Shown here in pieces: positions 59,401 through 64,000 of a stretch of 64,000 nucleotides of DNA. The notes under the pieces were generated by a model. It saw nothing but the letters and a program-made list of their open reading frames with translations. It was not told the DNA's origin and made no database searches. The stretch is taken from the NCBI RefSeq assembly GCF_902459465.1, contig NC_047082.1, forward strand, positions 9,796,001 to 9,860,000, in the 5' to 3' direction. Origin of the DNA: Asterias rubens (lineage: Eukaryota). Every line of letters begins with the position of its first letter. Position 1 is the first letter of the stretch. Made by a program: the position numbers and the translations under genes.

Positions 59401-62400
59401 AGAAAAGGGCAAGAGCTTCGCGTTGGCCAAAACAAACGACGTTGTCCGAGAGAAATGCCAGGAGATGATAGCAGGGGCACTGAAAGTTCCTAGTAAGTGA
59501 GATGGAAACAAGTTCTTATAAATTTTTAATGTATAATAAGTCTATAGCAACAGTCACAGCGTAGTTGTAGCCCGTGCGACCTCCCCTCCTTTACAGAATT
59601 GTATGGTTAGCAGTACCATTAAACTGTGCCCATATTGCCCTAACTATCGCTCAATAAAAGCTGACACTAACTTCTATATTATAAAAGCGCTTAAATCGCA
59701 TGGGCGCCGCCATTGTTGTTTGGCAAGTGGTGCCCGCACCCTGCTAAAATGATGCGTCCTGGGGTAAATTTCGGGGTACCCGTGGGTTGGGGCATGTGTT
59801 GTTTGTGACGTCACAGTCAAAGCGCGAGCGTGTAGTAAATTTGGGGTGGAGGGCAGGCGTCCTTTGTGATGTCACAGTCACAGCGCGAGCGTCCAGTAAC
59901 TTCGCGCGTACCCAGTAAAGAATAATGCATGGGGGGGGGGGAGGGGAGGCACGACGCACGACGACAGGACGAAGGCTGTTGGGGGTTATTAGAGCACGTT
60001 GTGGGGACAAGGGGATGGAAGGGGCATGTAGTGTGGTACGTCTGTTGGAAGAGGGTGGGGGAACGGCAAAAAATGTAGGGAACAAAATTAAAAGGGACTA
60101 ACGTGATGTGGGACATGGGACAGGAAAAAATTTAACTGAATGGGGGGGGGGGGGGGGGAATCAAGCCCATAAAACGGGAAAAAACCCACAAACGGGACCC
60201 GCGCGAAACTGGAAACTATGGGCAAACAGTGGCAATCAAAGAAAAATGCCACTGCAGGGGATCGGGGGACGGGAGAGGCACTAGGGCGTGTGTTAGATAT
60301 AGGACGGGATAGGGAAGGGGCACACGGTGGGACAGGGGGTTGGGAAAAGAATGAACGAGGCTGGTGAGGGGGGGGGGGGGGAAGCAAAGGGATTTAAAAA
60401 CTATACAGGACAGAAAATAATCAACTGAACGGGAACAAAGTAATCGAAACAGGATTGGGAAAGAACCACTATCGGGATCCGCTGGAAACTGGAAAATATG
60501 GATGGGATCGACAATGCCGAAACGAACGATTTCACAAAGCACTGAGATTGGTCTTAACTTAGGATGGGTGGTTTGCCACAGTGATTTGTATTGTGACCCT
60601 GTCCAGCCACTTTAGCCCTCCCCTGTACACAACGCTTCACTTTTTTACTGCAGCATTTTTACGTAGAGCTTTCTAGCGGGGTTGCCGCGCTATCCCGCTA
60701 GTCGATATTAATCGATTTGTTCTAATCATTTTCTTTAAAGTTGAAGGCTGTGATGACCCCTCACTACTGGATAACGTGGATGAAATAGCAGCAGAAATTG
60801 AAGATTATATCCTTTGAAATTGTCTTAAAATTTAGAAATTTTGTACCATGGGCATCGAGGCAATGACCAGGGGCACCGAGGCAATGGCATGGGGCAACAG
60901 GGTTATGACCAGGGGCAACAGGGCAATGACCAGGGGCACCAGGGAAATGACCAGGGGCACCAAGGCAATGACCAGGGGCACCAAGGCAATGACCAGCGGC
61001 ACCAGGGCAATGACCAGCGGCACCAGGGCAATGACCAGGGGCACCAAGGCAATATCCAGCGGTGTAGATGCAATAGCCTGACGTATCAGTCCTGAAAAAT
61101 ATTTGGTACATATCCAGTCTCACTACCTTACGATTTTGAAAGAAAGTTGTTATTCAAATGCCATTTCATCATGAAAGTGGCCCAGGCCTGATAGTTCCTC
61201 ATAGGGTGCCCTTTACCGAGGAGAAAATGCCTTGGTGCCCTTTCAAAAATGACGCATACAAATGCCTAGGGGCCATTGACCAAACCAACTGGCCCCCATC
61301 CATCTAAGTTGTCTCCTTAACTCACTGTCTCACGTGTCTACACGGAGTTCGTCAACACAGACTTGAAATACAAACATCGCATCCGGAGCCGAGTTTCAAA
61401 CCTGAAAGACGCATCTAACCCTGAGCTTAGGAGAAGAGTACTTACGAGGGAAATCACCCCAGAGAAGATCGCCAAGATGACCTCTGATGTAAGTTGACCC
61501 CACTTGGATTACTCCACCACCACCACAGGGGCGTCTGGTTGTTGCCCTGCACCACAGAGATGTTTGGGTGACACCCCGGCACCACAGGGGTGTTGGGGGG
61601 TAATACCCCTCTTTTAAATTTGTTTTGTCCCCAACCATCCACAAGACCATCAAAATCCAACTACATGTTTTTGTTTGATTTTGTCGGACTGAGGACTGCA
61701 CCAGTTAACTGATTATGCTTTATATAGGATCAGGCCTATCACCATAATCAGAGTCCAACAGTTTGGGTGTAAACTGATTATGATTAACATGCAAAGAACG
61801 TGGGTTCGAATCCCACCCGGGTGCTTTGCCTGTGGATTTTTTTCACAGAATTTCATGATCATACTCTGTATATACAGCTCTCTATGTTCTTTTTGTATGA
61901 CAAAAAAACACAATGTCCACAGATTTACATTAAACTTACACAGTTGGAAGATAATGATAGTAGAAAGCTTCCCTGAAAATATTACTTGCTGAGGTGCTGT
62001 AGTTTTTGAGATGTGAGTAAAACAATGTCGTGAAAATAATTTTCGTCTCAGTTATCATAAGACGAAAATTATTTTAGAAGGAAAAAACGTATTTCCATTA
62101 CATTGTTTTACCCGTTTCTCAAAAACTACAGCAACTCAGCAACTAATATTTTAAGGTACGCTTTCTACTGTCAGTATCTTCAAGCGGTGTAAGTTTAATG
62201 TCAATCTGTGGACTTTGTATTTTGTGTTACAAAAAGTACCCAAATCCTTTAATGCACATCGGTGTAAGGGTGAGATCAAGTTATATAGTTCAAGATACTT
62301 TACTCAAGCATTGGAGATGATTTGTACACCGTGACAGTACTTGGCCTTCCCAGGGTTATAAAGGTGTTTTGAGTTTTTTCTTTCTTTCTTGGGGATTCGA

Positions 62401-63885
62401 TAGGAGATGGCGAGTAAGGAGTTAAAAGAGATCAGGAAAGACATCACAAAGACAGCAATTAAGGAGCATCAGATGGCTGTGACCAGCGGGACCAAGACGG
62501 ATCTACTAAAATGTGGAAAATGCCTCAAGAGGAATTGCTCTTACAACCAGGTAAAGACAAGTTTCAGTTTAGTTTTTTTGGAAAATATCTCTGTTGAGAG
62601 TTGTGTTTGGCTCTGGATAGAACCTCAAGAATAAAGGCCCGGTCACACAGGCCTCGATAATGAGAACGAAAACGATAATGTTAAACATGCACGCCCTCGA
62701 TTGGTTGAATGAGTGTGGTTGTATTCTGCGTGGAGCAATTCAACCAATAGAATGCATTCTCTTTGCGTTGTTAGCGTTATCGTTTTCGTTACCGCTGCAG
62801 TGTGACTCGGTCTTAAAGCCATTGGACCCTTTCGGTAAACAGTGTTGTCCAAGGCCCACACTTTGTGTACCACAACTTCTATATCAAACAACAAACCTGT
62901 GAAAGTTTAGGCTCAATCGGTCATTGGAGTCGGGAGAAAACAACGGAAAAACCCACCCTTGTTTCCGCGTGTTTCGCCGTGTCATGACATGTGTTTAAAA
63001 TAAATCCGTAATTCTCGTTAACGAGAATTTATATTGTTTTGCTGTTTTCTCAAAAGTAAAGCATTTCGTGGAATAATATTTCAAGAGAAGTCTTTCACCA
63101 TTGCCTTCTGTAAACCCTGTAAGTTATTTGTAAATCTGTGAACTTATTTTTTTTTTTTCTGAACCGAAAGGGTCCAATGGCTTTAAGGGCGATGTCTATA
63201 CTGTATGTTAAAGCGTCTGCGTCACTAAGTGACGAATATAAGCGCTACAAAAGAAGCCACTATTATTATTTGTTAGATTGTATATTCTAAAGTTGCTTGA
63301 CAGGTGGTAAGAATTTTATGATGTCAAAAGTTTCTATGTAAGTTTTAGAATATCAAAAGAATGTATCTTGCATAAAATAGCACCAATCTGCACACATACA
63401 TTTTAGGAACAAGAGTAATCTACAACAAAATGACTATTCTTTATCCAGGATGTAAATTTAACATCTATTAAATATGAGTCTTGTTTTTCTTCAAACAGGT
63501 CCAGACAAGAAGCGCTGATGAACCTATGACGACGTTTGTGTACTGTCATGACTGTGGGCACAGGTGGAAGGTAAGGAAAATTTATTTAAGTTGTGATCGG
63601 TTGTGATTTAAAGATTCTTTTAGTAAGGTTGGAAACTGTATATGGTTGAAAAACAGTCTTAAAGCTAAGGTTTGCGGTGAGACCGGGAAAGTACCAAGTA
63701 TACAGAGCTAACACACATAGGTGTAAGGGCAAAACAAAATTAACATTAAATTTAGATGTAAGAGACACCAAATGATGTGTACATGAACTGCTAACACACA
63801 AGTACTTGTTCTTTCTGATTCATACACCGATTTTCATTTTCCTTTTTTTTTTTTTTTCTTTTTCTTTTTTTTACAGTTCTGTTGA
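56409..63885 (+). CDS. TCEA1: Transcription elongation factor S-II (TFIIS), 9 coding exons, 299 aa
   Basis: Exons 56409-56477, 57643-57711, 58464-58578 ([13 protein letters not shown]), 59295-59492, 60741-60806, 61334-61488 ([14 protein letters not shown]), 62404-62550, 63499-63570 ([12 protein letters not shown] zinc ribbon) and 63877-63885. The total is 900 nt. TCEA1/2/3 orthology cannot be resolved, so the symbol denotes the family. Confidence 0.95.
60807..61333 (+). other. U12-type (minor spliceosome) AT-AC intron in TCEA
   Basis: 5' site ATATCCTTT (60807-60815), branch site TCCTTAAC (61314-61321), terminal AC (61332-61333). Splicing restores IEDCVYTEF in frame. Confidence 0.92.
60849..61071. 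repeat. 21-bp minisatellite (about 10 copies) inside the U12 intron
   Basis: Unit gcaatgaccaggggcaccarg; it explains the repetitive ORFs called at 60764-61123. Confidence 0.92.
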
Positions 63886-64000
63886 TGTTTGGGTTTATGC
63901 ATTGTCCGTGTGTTATCCCGCCTGCTTTGTATGGACACCAGTGCGTCTTCAATCATATCAACAACTTGAGAAATCTTCCTTTAAAAAAACTCAACAATGG

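Noticed and set aside
59744-60542. Pro-rich minus-strand ORFs
   Set aside because: These are a by-product of G-tracts, with no splice structure or recognisable domain.
60764-61123. Repetitive ORFs (GHCLGAP / HQGNDQG / MTRGT)
   Set aside because: All are translations of the 21-bp intronic minisatellite.

Overview
AT-rich, intron-containing animal genomic DNA, probably from a sea star or other echinoderm. This is inferred from the repeat landscape and gene structure and was not verified. Seven protein-coding genes were reconstructed exon by exon. Six form three consecutive head-to-head pairs: ANKRD29-like(-)/HBS1L(+), ANKRD66-like(-)/VHL-like(+), and HAD-hydrolase(-)/intronless DUF985 (Cff1-family) cupin(+). 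TFIIS/TCEA(+) follows. HBS1L carries a large alternative terminal exon with the Ski7-like (HBS1LV3-type) exosome-adaptor motifs. TCEA has an AT-AC minor-spliceosome intron. The VHL homolog has His at the Tyr98-equivalent position. Introns and intergenic DNA are dense with non-autonomous DNA transposons (TTAA Kolobok-like, Harbinger-like, hAT-like, one foldback/Mutator-like), tRNA-derived SINEs, two LINE relics and minisatellites. Several intronic duplications copy the neighbouring splice acceptor. The most novel-looking item is the bacteria-like intronless cupin next to a HAD phosphatase, a possible sugar-phosphate/furanone (AI-2 mimic) unit; this is inference only. Bases 1-11000 contain no coding gene I can support.
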